A program made the translations under genes and the position numbers. A model generated the notes under the pieces. It searched no databases. It was not told the DNA's origin and was given only the letters and a program-made list of their open reading frames with translations. This document shows positions 61,619 to 64,000 of a stretch of 64,000 nt of DNA, in pieces (within the stretch, counting starts at the first letter, position 1; each line of letters opens with the position of its first letter). This DNA is from an uncultured Acidobacteriota bacterium (GTDB lineage: Bacteria; Acidobacteriota; Terriglobia; UBA7540), in NCBI GenBank assembly GCA_963804995.1, contig CAWDSK010000004.1:150505-214504 (forward strand). The letters run 5' to 3'.

Positions 61619-61722
61619 CCGAGCCTTTCCCGAACCTGCTTCATTTGGAGCAATTCCAGCAGGCGATGCCTTTGCAATCATGGGAAGAACCCACGGTCAG
61701 AATTGCTCTGCGTGGCGATCCA

Positions 61723-62717
61723 CTATCTTCCGGTGGTTCCCGCCTCACGCAGTTCTTTCGCTGCGACCTCCGGTGGGGGTAGCGAATTAAAGTAGACTTC
61801 TTTAAAGGAGTAGGAGCGGGGCTTCCCCGGAATGATCGGCAGGATTTCAATGTGCCAGTGGTAGTCCTCGGCGAGGGTTCGCCAGGCGCCTGGTCGGTGA
61901 GGCTTAGCATTGACGTTGGGCGAAGTATGAAGAACCAGGTGAGATGCCTTGGCCACAAATCGATAAGCGGCGTAGGGTGGATTTCAACAAACGCGCAAGC
62001 TGCAACTCTTTTTCCGACGAGGTCACATCCTCCTCGAATGAGGCATGGTGATAGATCGGCAAGACCCAGGTCTCATACGGGACACGGGAGGCAAACGGAC
62101 AGAAAGCCAAGAAAAGTTCATTCCACTCCACGGCTCTCACCTGTTGGTCTAACTCTTGTTTTACGATGTCGCAGAAAAGACAGCGCTCTTTGTTTTCGTA
62201 ATGCGCAAGTGCAGCGCGCAACTCGTAGACGCTACGCCGCGGAATAAAAGGGGTGGCGGTAATCTCAGAGTGAGGATGATCCAGCTCTTGTCCGGCCTCT
62301 GGCCCGACATTCCGGAAGAGGGTTACATAGCGGAATCTGAGGTCCTTCTTCAAATCCGTGATTCTCGCCACGTAGGCGCGCAGGGCCTGGGTAACCTCAT
62401 CATCGCTGAGATCTGCAAATTGCAACGCATGATCGGGATGTTCGATCACCACCTCGTGAGCACCCAGGTTGCGCATCTTGTCGTAAAGACCCTCAGCTTG
62501 TCGCGCGGCGTCTCCTTCAATTTGGTAAACGGGATTCCGGTGCGGAATGACGCGAACTTGCCAGCTCGCTGGGGCAAACGGATACACATAAAGATTCGGC
62601 GGGCACATGCGCTTCATGGCCGGGACAAAGAGGACAGATTCCGGCTTTGGTCCAACTATCCTCGGCCTTCTGTTGTATGACCCAGCTCTGCGTAATCGGG
62701 TCTCTTCTTAGTTGCAT
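61723..62717 (-). pseudogene. galT: Galactose-1-phosphate uridylyltransferase (GalT)-like gene with at least 2 frameshifts
   Basis: MQLRRDPITQSWVI..CPLCPG / GAHEVVIEHP..FRNVG..AG..LDHPHSE..CLFCDI / YHWHIEILP in different frames. Confidence 0.82.
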
Positions 62718-63137
62718 AAAACCCTCCTCACGGACAGAATTTCCGGCCCTCGTTCGATTCCACAGCAGGATGCGCCCAGACAGCACCTGGAGGAATCAAG
62801 GAGCTCCACACCAAAGGTCTCTCGGTCATAAATCCAATTCGACGGCCTGCTCAGGCTGCTCTCGCTTCCGATATCATAAGGTCTTCAAGGTCCTTCAGGT
62901 GATAATTCCCTGCCCAAACCTTCCAGGCTAGAATTATACGCCAGCGGGTCACGGTCAGCGCAGTCCTGACCGTGGGGTTTTCTCATGCCTGATACCCCAA
63001 CGGCATCCCCGCCGTGTAACGTAGTGAGCATTTAGTTCGTGACCACAGCCTAGCCGGTCCATGTGACAGAAAACCCTCATCGTTTCACCACCAACATGAA
63101 GCAGCGGTGCCGTCCACCTGACTTCAGGGAGGAGAGA

Positions 63138-64000
63138 ATGCGGAAGCTTCGTCTCAAAGCGCCCGCCACCGTGGTGGCGGATTACTTCCACCTCTTCGTA
63201 AACCGGCGGGCCTATACCCTCCAGTCCAACCGACCCCACCCGGAAAGTGCCCGGCATTACTACTACCGTCCCAAGGACAAGAAAACCGGCCAGGGGCTCA
63301 GCCTGACACTGGACACAATCCGTCGCCACCTCGAAGGCGAAATCACCATCGGTCTCTACGCCATCAACCCTGCAACTCAATGCTCGAAGTGGGTGGCCAT
63401 CGACGCGGACTATGAGGATTCGCTCACGGACCTCCTGAAGCTTCGCTTCCACCTCAGGCAGGATGGCGTGGAGTCGGCTCTTGAGAATAGCCATCGGGGC
63501 GGACATCTCTGGATATTCCTGGCGAGCCGCTCCCAGCACGGGACTGCCGTATCTACGTTTGCGGCCTTGCCCTGCGGTTGGGTATTCCGGTCAAGAGGAG
63601 GCAGGCAGCGGGAAGGAATCGAGGTCTTCCCCAAGCACGATGCCTTGAAGCCCGGCAGGTACGGCAATGCCATCCGTGGGCCACTGGGCATTCACCGGGG
63701 CGCAGCTCAGCGCTTCTGGTTTGACGGTGCCGATGAAGATCTTGAGAAGCAGATGCGCTACCTGAATTCGCTTCCCAAGATGACCGGTGACCAGCTTGCG
63801 CGATTGATTGCCGGGAAGGCCATCCCACCTCAACTCCTACCACCAGAGCCGAAGGCTGAACCGGTGATGAGGAGAACCCAGGGGTGGGCCAGAATTCCGA
63901 ATCCTCGACCACATCAACACCAAGCTCCGCACAGTGGGGCATAACAACATCACCCAATGCCCATCCTGCGCGGAAGAGGGGCACGACCGCAGCGGAGATA
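63138..64000 (+). CDS. Archaeo-eukaryotic primase (AEP)-like protein with a C-terminal Zn-finger; frameshifted and partial
   Basis: HLEGEITIGLY, WVAIDAD, ENSHRGGHLWIF, EVFPK, GNAIRGPLG; CPSC..GHDRSGD in a shifted frame. Confidence 0.78.

Larger units (their letters stand above)
48415..64000 (+). mobile_element. Phage-like/integrative element encoding its own RNAP-like protein; extends beyond the window
   Basis: Starts after the tRNA half; tandem CCCCACA arm-like repeats 48518-48536; co-oriented RNAP-like, ligase, sigma, Gp3-like and primase genes. Confidence 0.75.

Overview
GC-rich bacterial chromosome segment. An Acidobacteriota-like host is inferred from gene style, not proven. The window has three parts. 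(1) 1-7550 is the right end of an integrative island, ending in a tRNA-Thr(CGT) 3' fragment. It carries a DUF5131/TcmP pair, several short unrelated ORFs punctuated by seven copies of the 17-bp palindrome TTTCCAAATTTTGGAAA, and a short FimB-like tyrosine recombinase. (2) About 7.6-48.3 kb is core and accessory chromosome (pyrB, MoxR-DUF58-transglutaminase, peroxiredoxin, radical SAM, nitrilase and others) dense in GTAG-type REP-like repeats. It holds four TA loci, two group II introns (one splitting a higB toxin, one inserted in a REP), an IS701-like element with a 19-bp target duplication, and an IS5 interrupting a ~1518-aa gene. (3) From 48415 to the window end is a phage-like or integrative element starting right after a 5' half of tRNA-Pro(TGG). 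Its first large gene (1166 aa) carries, in the correct order, the motifs of single-chain two-barrel (YonO / eukaryotic-RdRP-like) RNA polymerases, with a variant DFDD catalytic loop and two HIRAN-like C-terminal repeats. It is followed by a small membrane-protein cluster, a phosphoesterase-ligase fusion, a FliA-like sigma factor, a Gp3-like recombination protein and an AEP primase. The RNAP-bearing element and the palindrome-punctuated island are the best candidates for undescribed systems. All family calls come from reading motifs by eye; no searches were run.
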